Positions 35,417-45,352 of a stretch of 64,000 nt of DNA are shown here, piece by piece. Each line of letters opens with the position of its first letter. The stretch's first letter is position 1. The translations under genes were made by a program, and so were the position numbers. Origin of the DNA: Planctomycetales bacterium (GTDB lineage Bacteria; 4484-113). A model generated the notes under the pieces. That model worked only from the letters and a program-made list of their open reading frames with translations. It had not been told where the DNA came from and searched no databases. The DNA is taken from positions 2,716 to 66,715 of the forward strand of contig JAUWGS010000005.1 in assembly GCA_030606285.1 (NCBI GenBank), in the 5' to 3' direction.

Positions 35417-37975
35417 ATGAGTGAACGCGAACACAGCGGCATTAGTTCTATCAAAGAACTGCCCAAGCGGTACGACCCGTCGGCTGCCGAGCCGCACTGG
35501 CAGCGGCTCTGGGAGGAAAAAGGCGTATTCCGCTTCAATCGCGACGCTCCACACAGCTCCATCTTCTCGGTGGACACGCCGCCTCCGACGGTTTCCGGCG
35601 CTCTTCACATCGGGCATGTATTCTCGTACGTTCAGGCGGACATCGTGGTGCGTTATAAGCGCATGAGAGGCTTCGAAGTCTTCTACCCGTTCGGCTTCGA
35701 CGACAACGGGCTGGCAACCGAGCGGCTCGTGGAACGCGTGCGCGACGTCAAAGCATTCGAGATGCCGCGCGAGGACTTCATTGAGCTGTGCCTGGAGGTC
35801 AGCCGCGAACAGGAAACCGAGTTCAAAGATCTCTGGCAGGCGGTCGGCATTTCATGCGACTGGACGGAGGAATATACGACGATCAACGAGCGCTGCCGGA
35901 GGATCGCCCAGCGCTCCTTCCTCGACCTTTACCACAAGGGAGAAGTCTACCGGAAGGAAGCGCCCTCGCTTTGGTGTCCGGTATGCCGCACCGCAATCGC
36001 CCAGGCGGAGATTGAAGACCGCGACCATCCCTCTCATTTCCACGAGATACTCTTTACGCTGGATGACGGAACGCAGGTACCAATCGCCACTACCCGTCCG
36101 GAGCTGCTGCCGGCGTGCGTGGCCGTGCTGGTGCACCCGGACGACGACCGCTACGCGAAATACGTCGGGCGCAAGATCCGCACGCCTCATTTCAATACCG
36201 ACGTTCAAATCATCACTGACTCTTTGGTGGACCCTGAGAAGGGAACAGGTATCGTGATGTGCTGCACGTTTGGCGATACTACGGACATCGAGTGGTGGCA
36301 GAAATACAGCCTCGATACAAAAGTCTGCATCGATGAGACGGGCAAGCTCAACGAACAGGCCGGTGAATTCGCCGGCCTGGGCCTGGAGGAGGGGCGCAAA
36401 GCCATCGTGGAGGTATTGCGCAGCGAAGAACTGCTCACCAAGTCGTGGGAAATCGAGCACACTGTGAATTGCCACGAGCGCTGCGGCACGCCCCTGGAAT
36501 TCATCGTCACGCGGCAGTGGTTCATCAAACTGCTCGACAAGAAGGGGAAGCTTATAGAGCACGGCGAGCGGTGCCGCTGGTTCCCCGAGTTCATGGAAGT
36601 GCGCTACAAGCACTGGGTGGAGAACCTGCACTGGGACTGGTGCATCAGCCGACAGCGCTACTACGGCGTGCCGTTCCCCCTGTGGTATTGCGAAGCCTGC
36701 GGCGAGATCATCCCGGCCCGGGAGCAGGACCTGCCGGTGAATCCGCTGACCGGCCGTGCGCCGGTCGACCGCTGTCCCGAATGCGGAAGCGACCGCATCG
36801 AGGGCGAAAGCGACGTGCTCGATACCTGGATGACCAGTTCCCTCACGCCGCAGATCAACGCGAAATGGGGCGAAGGTGACGACAGAATGGAGCAGTTGTT
36901 CCCGATGACACTGCGCCCGCAAGCGCACGATATCATCCGAACGTGGGCCTTTTACACCATCACCAAAGCCTGCCTGCATCACGAAGACATTCCATGGTCG
37001 GATGTGATGATCTCCGGCCACGCCCAAGATGTAAGGCGGCAGAAGATATCGAAGAGCAAGTCCCAAACGCTGAATCCGCGTGAGATGGTCGCGCAGTACT
37101 CAGCCGACGTCGTGCGCTATTGGAGCTCAAGCGTGAAGCTCGGCGCTGACACGCTCATCGATCTGCAAAATCCCAAGGAGTCGTTTGAAGGCGGCAAGCG
37201 CCTGGTCACCAAGCTGTATAACGCAAGCAAGTTCTCGCATACTCATCTCCTAAGCTTTAATCCTGCAGAACGCGACCTGACCACGCTGGTGCATCACACA
37301 CTCGACAGGTGGCTGCTGGGCCGCCTGGCAAACACGATCCAGCATGCACAGAAGGCCTTCGACGAGTACGAATACTCAGAGGCTCTCGATGCAGTCGAGC
37401 GCTTCTTCTGGCGGGACTTCTGTGATAACTACCTCGAACTGGCCAAAGGCCGCCTGTACGGGGAGTCTGTAGCCGGCCTTCCCGAGGACGATGCGGGACG
37501 CCTGGCGGAAAGCGCCAAGGCGGCGCTCTACATCGCACTTGAAGCCATACTGAAGATGTTCGCTCCCTTCGTGCCGCACATTGCAGAAGACATCTGGCAC
37601 TGGCATTTCGCCAAGTTCAGTCCCGAGGAGAGCATCCACCGGACTGCCTGGCCGGACGCTGCATCGCTGGCACCTGCGATCGACAAGGACTGCGACCGAG
37701 CGGGACGCAACCTTGTGGGGGCGCTCGCACTGGCACGCAAGGCCAAGAGCGAACTGAACATCTCCATCAAGAAGCAGGCCAAGACGCTGACCATAGGCTT
37801 CAGGAGTGATGAGGGAATCTCTACCCAGTCGCTTGAGGACCTTGACTCGCTAAAGAGCGACCTGTTGAGCACCGCAAACGTCGACGAGCTTGTGCTAAAA
37901 GCAGAAGTGCTGGATGACGGTTACGAACTCGAAGGCGTGCCTTTTAAGGCCCAGCTGGAGCTTCATCCGGAGTAG
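35417..37975 (+). CDS. valS: Valine--tRNA ligase, type 2 (archaeal-like)
   Basis: DTPPPTVSGALHIGH, DDNGLATERLVE, DWCISRQRYYG, RPQAHDIIRTWAFY, KISKS (KMSKS variant). Confidence 0.95.
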   Translation: MSEREHSGISSIKELPKRYDPSAAEPHWQRLWEEKGVFRFNRDAPHSSIFSVDTPPPTVSGALHIGHVFSYVQADIVVRYKRMRGFEVFYPFGFDDNGLATERLVERVRDVKAFEMPREDFIELCLEVSREQETEFKDLWQAVGISCDWTEEYTTINERCRRIAQRSFLDLYHKGEVYRKEAPSLWCPVCRTAIAQAEIEDRDHPSHFHEILFTLDDGTQVPIATTRPELLPACVAVLVHPDDDRYAKYVGRKIRTPHFNTDVQIITDSLVDPEKGTGIVMCCTFGDTTDIEWWQKYSLDTKVCIDETGKLNEQAGEFAGLGLEEGRKAIVEVLRSEELLTKSWEIEHTVNCHERCGTPLEFIVTRQWFIKLLDKKGKLIEHGERCRWFPEFMEVRYKHWVENLHWDWCISRQRYYGVPFPLWYCEACGEIIPAREQDLPVNPLTGRAPVDRCPECGSDRIEGESDVLDTWMTSSLTPQINAKWGEGDDRMEQLFPMTLRPQAHDIIRTWAFYTITKACLHHEDIPWSDVMISGHAQDVRRQKISKSKSQTLNPREMVAQYSADVVRYWSSSVKLGADTLIDLQNPKESFEGGKRLVTKLYNASKFSHTHLLSFNPAERDLTTLVHHTLDRWLLGRLANTIQHAQKAFDEYEYSEALDAVERFFWRDFCDNYLELAKGRLYGESVAGLPEDDAGRLAESAKAALYIALEAILKMFAPFVPHIAEDIWHWHFAKFSPEESIHRTAWPDAASLAPAIDKDCDRAGRNLVGALALARKAKSELNISIKKQAKTLTIGFRSDEGISTQSLEDLDSLKSDLLSTANVDELVLKAEVLDDGYELEGVPFKAQLELHPE

Positions 37976-39953
37976 CGCTACCGCCGGGGAATTTCGGTCC
38001 GCCCGGCAGGTAGTCCTTGATGTCTGTCACTTCATCACCGCGCGGGTGCAGCACTTTATAGACCTCAACCGGCTCCGCGCGTCCCTTCACCTTGACGGCG
38101 CCAAGATGCTCGCAGCTGAAGCCCTCGCCGATATGCTCGTGAACTTCCTGGCTGATGAGTATGGCAGTGCCGAATGTCTTCGTCTCCGACTCCAGGCGTG
38201 ACGCGACATTCACCACGTCGCCGATGCACGTGTAGTCCATCCGCCGGGACGAGCCAACGTTCCCCATTACGACAGTCCCGTAGTGGATGCCGACGCCAAC
38301 GCGGAAGTGCGGCACCGGCAGATCGCGCACAATCTCGTCCATGCGGTCAATTACCAGCTCAGCCACTTGCAGCGCTGTGCGCACGGCATCCTCGGCCGGA
38401 TTCTCGCGCGGCACAGGCGCGCCGAAAATGGCCATTACGCCGTCACCCATAAACTTGTCGACGAAGCCTCCGTTGCTCATAATCACATCCGAGACTTCAG
38501 TCAGGAAGCGGTTCAGGAACTCCACCGTCTGATGCGGATCCGTCTTCTCTGATAGGGTCGAGTAGTTGCGAATATCAGAGAACAGAAGAGCCACATCCCG
38601 CTCGACACCACCCAGGTCAGCCAGCTCAGGCCGGTCGATAATCTCCTTTACCACATCCGGCGCCACGTAACGACCGAAGGTTGAGCGGATGCGCCGCTTC
38701 TCCGCCTCTTCGGTCAGCACGCGGAACGACAGGGAGAAGAAGAAGCTGAAGAAGAAAGTCACGCTTGGATAGGTGAACGGCATCAGCAGGTTGCCCTTGG
38801 TGAATGCCAGTACGATGAGCGTTTCGTACGCCAGGAGCACAATAGTGAAAGCGACGAAACTCGGAAGCGGCCGCATGTTGACGGCGAACGCCCACGCGAG
38901 TAGCGCCAGCAGAACCACTAAAGCAATCGCCAAGCGCCGTTCGGTCACATGTATGAAGCTCCCGGTAAGGAGCGTGCTCAATGCTTGAGCGTTCGTCTCC
39001 ACGCCAAACATCTCATCAAACGGCGTCATGAAGTAGTCGTTGTCCGCTTTGGCGACGCTGCCCACAAAGACAATCGCGCCGGAAAACTGACTCAGGTCCA
39101 GCGCTTTCTCCTCTTCTTCGACAAGCTCACTTGCGGACTGGCTTTCATCCAGTGCCTTCTCACCTTCCTCTTCCTCGTCCTCAAAACTCTGTTCGAGGTA
39201 TTCTGGGAAGAACAGCGCGAGATTGAATTGAGGTATCGTGCCGTCGGGTCCAGCGTAGTTGATAAGGAAATCCCCGTGCCCCGTATCGCCGATTTCAGTG
39301 ATACCGTAAGCGAAGGGGTCGGCATCAAAGTCCTCGCCGCGTTCCCGCAGTAGCAGCCTGTATACCTGCGTTGCCTGCGAGTAGTGGTTTGAACTTTCCA
39401 AGGGGACGATTGCTGTCTCCTTTTCCTTGTAGGAGAGCTTGGGAGCCGTATTCACAATCGCCGTGACCGGTTTGGCTTCGAGGATCGTGTTTGTTGAATC
39501 TTCAAGAGATTCGATATCCCCTCTAAGCCCGACTTCCACAGTGCCCAGCTGAATCGCCTCAGAGAGGACTACGGTTGTGCCGCTTTCCCGCGCGTAAATG
39601 ATAGCGTCACGCAAGTCCTCATCTTCCGAGATGTCCCAGGGCTCAGTGGAGAAAAGGATGTCAAAGACCACAATCTTCGCGCCGGCGTCTGTCAGCTTGC
39701 GAATGAGCTCTGCGTGGACGGTGCGCGGAAACGGGTAGTAGATGCCGACACCCTCCAGCATGTTGATTGTGACGTCATCAATGCCCGCGATGACGATGCG
39801 GGCGTCGGTTTCCTGGACTCCCCGAATGCGAAACACCGAGCGCTTGAAGAACATCTCGGTGAACTCAGCTACACCTAACCCGTTGAAAAGCGTGGCTGTT
39901 AACAGGCCGAAGAGAGCAAACACTATTGCCCAGAGTCGACGTCTAAGCGGCAT
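37944..39953 (-). CDS. CHASE2-domain class III adenylate/guanylate cyclase
   Basis: IDD, FPR..HA.LI..L, FDILF, GVE..A, three TMs, FGRYV, LFSDIRNYSTLSE, DKFMGDGVMA, YTCIGDVVNVASRLE. Confidence 0.93.
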   Translation of the reverse strand: MPLRRRLWAIVFALFGLLTATLFNGLGVAEFTEMFFKRSVFRIRGVQETDARIVIAGIDDVTINMLEGVGIYYPFPRTVHAELIRKLTDAGAKIVVFDILFSTEPWDISEDEDLRDAIIYARESGTTVVLSEAIQLGTVEVGLRGDIESLEDSTNTILEAKPVTAIVNTAPKLSYKEKETAIVPLESSNHYSQATQVYRLLLRERGEDFDADPFAYGITEIGDTGHGDFLINYAGPDGTIPQFNLALFFPEYLEQSFEDEEEEGEKALDESQSASELVEEEEKALDLSQFSGAIVFVGSVAKADNDYFMTPFDEMFGVETNAQALSTLLTGSFIHVTERRLAIALVVLLALLAWAFAVNMRPLPSFVAFTIVLLAYETLIVLAFTKGNLLMPFTYPSVTFFFSFFFSLSFRVLTEEAEKRRIRSTFGRYVAPDVVKEIIDRPELADLGGVERDVALLFSDIRNYSTLSEKTDPHQTVEFLNRFLTEVSDVIMSNGGFVDKFMGDGVMAIFGAPVPRENPAEDAVRTALQVAELVIDRMDEIVRDLPVPHFRVGVGIHYGTVVMGNVGSSRRMDYTCIGDVVNVASRLESETKTFGTAILISQEVHEHIGEGFSCEHLGAVKVKGRAEPVEVYKVLHPRGDEVTDIKDYLPGGPKFPGGSATPDEAPAGP

Positions 39954-40028
39954 CGTGCAAGTACCTTCGCGGCGCGACCCGCCAGCCGCGCCGCAATCAC
40001 ATCACTCCATATTCAGGCGTTTCGAGCT

Positions 40029-42059
40029 CTAGAACTCTTCACCCAGGATATCCACATCCGCACTGCCACCGGGGATTACCTCGATCCGCAGACCGCTGGG
40101 CGTGTACAGATGTATCTCACCATAATCGAACATAGCCAGCCCGGCTTCGAGGGCGATGAACTCTATCTCAGCGAAGGCACCGCTGCCGGATATGGTCTCG
40201 CCCTCACGGCCCGCCTGACCGGATATCGTCATCTGGCCATGCCCGCTGTCACCGAAGAACAGAGTTGTTCCGCTGGTGAGACCGGCCTTCGAGCCGCGGT
40301 CGAACTCAACCAGCGACGGGTCGTAGTTGACGATTATCTCCCAGCTGGCAAGCGTTGCCACCTCACCGATTTCCACCCGCATACGGATGGACTCTCCAAC
40401 GCTTACGGTACTTGGGCCAATGACTGCCAGATCGAACTCGACCATCTCGCCGAGCGGGTAGTAGAGCGAGAAAACCCGGGATTCGGAATCTATCTCGATG
40501 ATACTTGAGACGCCGCGGCCTGCACCCGACGCTGAGTACCATCCGCCGTTGTAATGGTCGTCGTAGTGGTCGTCGTAGTGGTCGTCCCCCCACTCCCAGT
40601 ACTCTTCCTCATGCTCCTCGTAGAAGCTGTCGAAGTTGAACTGGCCGCGAACGAACCAAGTGATGTCCACGAACTCACCGTCCAGGAAGAGATCGGCGAA
40701 CGGGCTGTCGCTGCCTTCGACGATATCAACAATCGGCAGATCCATTGAGGTGCCCACGAAGTTGCGAACCATCGTCAGGCCGCCTGCAGTAAAATGCAGC
40801 TCGAAACCGTCGAAGTACTCCTCGCCGACCACCTCAAATTCGAAGAAGATGCTCTCGGATTCCGGGAAGTAATATTCTTCGCCGTCGTCCGGATTGATGA
40901 GTATGATTAACGGCTCGTCGTACGATGTTCCACCGGTGAGCACGTACTCAACCACATCGGGAACACCGTCGTTGTCAGTGTCTATCGTGCCGTAGCGGAT
41001 GTCGCGCTCGGGATCGTCGCTCTCGATGGTGCCGGTCAATTCGTCGAGCAGCTCGTCCAGGTCGGGAACCCAGGCGGCCATCAGATCCTCAATCTCGTCG
41101 TATTGCCCGTGGATCTGAGCGCTGTACGCGCTGCAAGCCTCAGCGAGCGCGTCCACTGGCCCACGCGATTCCTCGTCGTCCTCGGGGAGACTCTCGGCCC
41201 ACGCTGCCAGTTGCTCCAGCAGCAAGGCCAGCTCTTCGTCCGCATCCTCCGTCTCCTCCATTGTCGGCTGCACGTTGTAGTAGACGAAGGACATCCGGCT
41301 CTGGTCGCCCTGGGACTCATAGCGCATGAACTCGTCATAGAAGGACTGCATCCGACTGGCAAGATGCCGGTAGCGGTTGTTCAGAGCGCCGAACGCTGAC
41401 GTAAGTTCATCAGTCGAGATGCCTTCGGGCACAGCCGCTTCATCAGCAGCGTCCTCCCATCCTTCTTCGTGCTCTTCGGATTCGTCAGGCGATTCTCCCG
41501 GCTCGACTGAAACCTTCTCGCCCGGACCCAGCGTCACGGTAACACCTTCGGCAGTTACTTCGAATTCCCCGTCGTAGCCGGTGAATCTTGACGTGCCGTC
41601 GAAGTCGACGTCAACGCCGAACTTGGTGCCGCGAACGACCGCCAGCGCCGAGGGAGTCTCTACTTCAAAGGTCGAGCCAGGCGAGAGCGCTTCCTGCAAG
41701 TTAAATAGAAATCCGCCAACCAGGGTCTTGACCTTCCCGCCGCCGCCTTCCCTCAGGTCCTTCACGCTGAGAACTGAGTTCTCCTTGATCAGAACAATAG
41801 TGTTCTGAGGGAAGAGGAGCTGAACCTTGCCTCCCTTAAGCGTGCGCAGCGCGTCACCCGGCTGGAGCACCTGGCCCAGATTCGCATCCGCCCATTCGCT
41901 CTGCGCCTTTACCCGCACCTGCACTGGACCCGCAAGGCGTGTGACCTTCACGGTGAGTTCCTGGCCATAGGCTGCAAACACAAGCAGCGCCATAGCACAA
42001 ATCGCCACAAACACACTAGTAACGTTGTTTCTCATCTTAGATGACATAGCGCCATTCAC
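40029..42059 (-). CDS. FecR-domain secreted protein with a C-terminal cohesin-like domain
   Basis: GDALRT, FEVETPSALAVVRGTKF (FecR); DTDNDGVPD Ca loop; C-terminal VGE.I...I.....NYDPSLVEF...GSG.FA.I.F. Confidence 0.82.
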   Translation of the reverse strand: MNGAMSSKMRNNVTSVFVAICAMALLVFAAYGQELTVKVTRLAGPVQVRVKAQSEWADANLGQVLQPGDALRTLKGGKVQLLFPQNTIVLIKENSVLSVKDLREGGGGKVKTLVGGFLFNLQEALSPGSTFEVETPSALAVVRGTKFGVDVDFDGTSRFTGYDGEFEVTAEGVTVTLGPGEKVSVEPGESPDESEEHEEGWEDAADEAAVPEGISTDELTSAFGALNNRYRHLASRMQSFYDEFMRYESQGDQSRMSFVYYNVQPTMEETEDADEELALLLEQLAAWAESLPEDDEESRGPVDALAEACSAYSAQIHGQYDEIEDLMAAWVPDLDELLDELTGTIESDDPERDIRYGTIDTDNDGVPDVVEYVLTGGTSYDEPLIILINPDDGEEYYFPESESIFFEFEVVGEEYFDGFELHFTAGGLTMVRNFVGTSMDLPIVDIVEGSDSPFADLFLDGEFVDITWFVRGQFNFDSFYEEHEEEYWEWGDDHYDDHYDDHYNGGWYSASGAGRGVSSIIEIDSESRVFSLYYPLGEMVEFDLAVIGPSTVSVGESIRMRVEIGEVATLASWEIIVNYDPSLVEFDRGSKAGLTSGTTLFFGDSGHGQMTISGQAGREGETISGSGAFAEIEFIALEAGLAMFDYGEIHLYTPSGLRIEVIPGGSADVDILGEEF
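40551..40586. repeat. 12-bp in-frame tandem repeat x3 encoding DDHY
   Basis: GTA(A/G)TGGTCGTC x3. Confidence 0.8.
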
Positions 42060-42062
42060 TCC

Positions 42063-43877
42063 TTAGAATTCGAAGCGCACCCGAGCCTCAAATGTCTGGT
42101 CTTTGATCCTCGGTTGGTTCTTGTAATCGCGCAAATCGTAGTCATAGCCCAGCGTCAGCCTGTAGTGCGGGCTCATACGCCAGTTGTATTCGATTCCCCA
42201 ACTGTATGCTGTGTAGTCGTTCACCGAGTTCGCAAACGACTGGTCAAGGCTACTCCAGTCAAAGTAGAACCGCATGTACTGATTACGCTCGAATGGGTAG
42301 TAAACGTCAGCGAGGAAATCCCAGATTCTGTAGTCGCGGCCTGTATTGGCTGAGTAGTCCTGGTCGGTGAAAGCCAGCTCCGTGGTCATCGAGGTACCGT
42401 TGTCCCAGTTGTAGTTTAGGCCCGCGCGGTGGTACATCCGGCTGTAGCTTCGTGTAATACCGGTATAGTCGTAGTCGTAGTAGTTGAAGTTGTAATACCA
42501 GCGCGCGTTGTATGACGGGTTGTAGTTGAAGGCCATCTGCCAGCGCCAGTAATCATAGTCGCTTGCGCCGGGAGTCGAGTACTCCTTGTCGCGCCACTCA
42601 AACCTCAAATCCCCGTCAAGAGCCTTATTGAACTCGCGCCAGTAACGGAGCCTGAGCCGGGTCTCATCGTAGTCCGTCGCAACGGAACGCCTGTAGTCGC
42701 GCTTGCGCAGGCGGAATTCCCCCTCTCCGTAAGTGCGCGCATCGGGCTGGTAAGCTCCCCGCAGTTTAAAGTCGTCCTCGAAGAAGGCCCGCGTCTTCAG
42801 CACATCGTAGGACTTCTCGGTGGAAACATAGTCCGTGCCCCACAGCCACTCATTGCAGGGAACGAACTCCAGCCCAAGGCCCAGCTTCGTCATGTTGTAG
42901 CCGAGCGCATCCCCCTGCGCGTAGTGGTAGTCGGTCATCTTCCAGAAGGCATCGGCGATCACCCTGTCCGAAAGCGGATGCATCGCGTAGAGCGATGTGC
43001 GATGGTAGAGGTAACTGCGGGTGCTGACGGCATCGAAGTTCTTCGATTTGTAGTCCCACGCGAAATCCACCAGCGACTGCTCACCGTTGAATAAATACTC
43101 GTAATCTAGATGCAACGCAACAGTTCGCCTGGTGTTTGCCCTGTTATTCAGGTCCTTTAGCTCCGTCAGCTTCTCACGTAGATTCAGTTCCCCATTGAAC
43201 ACATCCGGGAACTCCTGGCTCATCCCGAACTCCCATCTGCGCACGTTGGTGAACGAGTGATCGTTGTCGTACTTCTCCCAGAACGCGAAATAGCGGCCTT
43301 CCCGGTCTCTGTAGCGCTGCCTTAGCGACAAGTACTGGCGGTCATAATCGGTATACGTGCCATTCCCATGGAGTATGGACACGTCACCGGTAGAACGCAG
43401 CTCCGGCTCCACTTCAGGAGCGGCAGCCGCCTCCTCGCCTTCCAGCACAGCCTGCACAATCTCTATGGCACTGATGCGCAATAGAAAGCTGTCTACCATG
43501 ACCGCAAGGGAATCTACGCGGTCGATAATCCTGTCCACCGCCTCCTGCTCACCCTGCGTCATATCAGGATGATCGGCCTGGAACTGTATCGCGTCTCTGA
43601 GATACCCGTGGAGCCGTGATTCCCATGCCTCAAGCTCGGACTTGGCTTGCATGAGCAGGTCATAAGCTCCCTCGTAGGCCTCTATTTCAGCAGTCGCCTG
43701 TCCTGCCGAAACCTCATCCGCGGTGGCATCCCAGGCATCGAGCTTGCCTGCAATCTCGGCTCTGATACTTGCGAGCCCGGACTCCATTGCGGCAAGATCA
43801 GTCTCTCCCCAGACTATCATGGGGAAAAGCACCAACGCTAGAATAAGCACCACACAGGAGTAGATAGATGATTTCAT
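42063..43877 (-). CDS. Outer-membrane beta-barrel protein with an N-terminal coiled coil
   Basis: Signal peptide; Tyr/Asp-rich alternating beta-hairpin repeats; ends ARVRFEF (terminal Phe). Confidence 0.75.
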   Translation of the reverse strand: MKSSIYSCVVLILALVLFPMIVWGETDLAAMESGLASIRAEIAGKLDAWDATADEVSAGQATAEIEAYEGAYDLLMQAKSELEAWESRLHGYLRDAIQFQADHPDMTQGEQEAVDRIIDRVDSLAVMVDSFLLRISAIEIVQAVLEGEEAAAAPEVEPELRSTGDVSILHGNGTYTDYDRQYLSLRQRYRDREGRYFAFWEKYDNDHSFTNVRRWEFGMSQEFPDVFNGELNLREKLTELKDLNNRANTRRTVALHLDYEYLFNGEQSLVDFAWDYKSKNFDAVSTRSYLYHRTSLYAMHPLSDRVIADAFWKMTDYHYAQGDALGYNMTKLGLGLEFVPCNEWLWGTDYVSTEKSYDVLKTRAFFEDDFKLRGAYQPDARTYGEGEFRLRKRDYRRSVATDYDETRLRLRYWREFNKALDGDLRFEWRDKEYSTPGASDYDYWRWQMAFNYNPSYNARWYYNFNYYDYDYTGITRSYSRMYHRAGLNYNWDNGTSMTTELAFTDQDYSANTGRDYRIWDFLADVYYPFERNQYMRFYFDWSSLDQSFANSVNDYTAYSWGIEYNWRMSPHYRLTLGYDYDLRDYKNQPRIKDQTFEARVRFEF

Positions 43878-44005
43878 AGCCCCCTCACAACCCGAAGCCT
43901 TTCCGGTCTCAATCATAATAACCTAATAGTTTGGAGTTATCAATTCTGGACTTGTTCCGCCGTGGTCGGGCTAGCAGGCAGATCCCGCCGCTGCCCGAAT
44001 GCCAC

Positions 44006-44311
44006 TTAGTTCTTGTTTCGAGCGCTGAGATCCTCCTTGAGGATGAGCTTTAGCACTTCAGCCGTTATCTCGTCGCTGTGCGTCAGTGGGTCACTCTGCA
44101 GACAGTCCACAATCCTGTCTAAGTCCTCTTTCACCTGAGCCAGTATTTCCCGGCGAACACCTTCTTCCAGTGCTTCCAGCCAGCTCATCCTCTCACCGCA
44201 CAGGGGGCAGAAAAGCTCCTCACGACCACTGACTGCGAATGTGGACACTTTAAAGGAGTTCTTGCAGCTAAGGCAGGTGAAGCGCAGCTCCTCCGGGATG
44301 GTGAACGCCAT
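44006..44311 (-). CDS. Small zinc-ribbon protein
   Basis: CLSC and CPLC pairs; coupled to the upstream gene (TGATG). Confidence 0.75.
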   Translation of the reverse strand: MAFTIPEELRFTCLSCKNSFKVSTFAVSGREELFCPLCGERMSWLEALEEGVRREILAQVKEDLDRIVDCLQSDPLTHSDEITAEVLKLILKEDLSARNKN

Positions 44312-45297
44312 CAGCCGCCTCGCTCCTGAGAGTGCTTGATCAGTGGAGAGAACCTGTGTTTAAGGAGGAATATTATCTCCGGCAGCGTTGAGTACTCTAT
44401 AACGCTGTGCGAGATTGTGTCGACCAGGGGGATGGCGCTTACTCCCTCGCGCTTCAGGACAGCGACCCTGCGACCCACACCGTGTATCAGACCTAAAAGA
44501 AAGATCGTGTTGCTATTCCAGTCATCCAGGTTAGCGATGACGAAATCGGATTCCTGGATGTTTTCACAGGCACGGCACAGTTCTTCTTCGTTATCCAGTG
44601 GCTCTGCCAGCCGATAGGCGGCAAGGTTGATGTCCTTTAGCGCAGGCATAATCGCCCGCTGATGGATCTCATCATTGCGCGGGTTGCGCTCCAGGATTAC
44701 CGTCGTCTTGCGTCGCGTGTAGATCGGGGCTTTCCTGCAATGTCCATCGTGAAAACGCCAGCAGTGGAGCCGGAACGGGGGCGTCTCGCCTTCACGGGTA
44801 AACTCCTCAGACTCGCGCTCCTTGCGCACGATACCCGCCACCTGGGCTACTACCTCGGATGATATCTTGAGCTGCACCTCGCCTTTCAGCTTGTGACGCC
44901 TTATCTCATCCACGATGGACGGCACTTCCGAATAGAGGGCGCATTTGTCGCAGGTAGTGAGGTTGTAGATGCGGATGCCCAGCTCCTTACAGGCCAGTGC
45001 AACCACGAGCCTGCCCTCGCCCCTGAAAGGCCTCAGTTCCGTTCCAAGCGACAAAAAGCGGCAGCGGGGCTTGCGGATAATCTCGGTGACTTCGCAGTTA
45101 AGGCAGGTCAGCGGATCAACCTCGGCCACAAATGCGTCAGTTGATATGGCGCAGAAAGTAGTGCCGAAGCTCACACGACGGAATGGGCAAGGGGGAACAC
45201 TGAGGAAGTCCTCTTCCAGCAGCTTCTTCAAAGAGCTGTCGTCGTCAGGCTCTGTCCCATCCTCTTCAAGGTTGTCGTCGCGACCTCTGGTATCCAC
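44311..45297 (-). CDS. Cys-rich protein with a C-terminal nucleoside deoxyribosyltransferase-like (NDT/TIR-like) domain
   Basis: Two C..F...C....C..C blocks; IQESDFVIANLDDWNSNTIFLLGLIHGVGRRV resembles the ADLT..NPNV.YELG.A.A.GK motif. Confidence 0.65.
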   Translation of the reverse strand: MDTRGRDDNLEEDGTEPDDDSSLKKLLEEDFLSVPPCPFRRVSFGTTFCAISTDAFVAEVDPLTCLNCEVTEIIRKPRCRFLSLGTELRPFRGEGRLVVALACKELGIRIYNLTTCDKCALYSEVPSIVDEIRRHKLKGEVQLKISSEVVAQVAGIVRKERESEEFTREGETPPFRLHCWRFHDGHCRKAPIYTRRKTTVILERNPRNDEIHQRAIMPALKDINLAAYRLAEPLDNEEELCRACENIQESDFVIANLDDWNSNTIFLLGLIHGVGRRVAVLKREGVSAIPLVDTISHSVIEYSTLPEIIFLLKHRFSPLIKHSQERGG

Positions 45298-45352
45298 GCT
45301 GTCAGATTATAGCGCCATATCCCAGAAGTGCGAATGTGCTCTTGCTGCCCTC

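Noticed and set aside
35852..37066. 404-aa antisense ORF
   Set aside because: Shadow of valS caused by GC-rich codon bias
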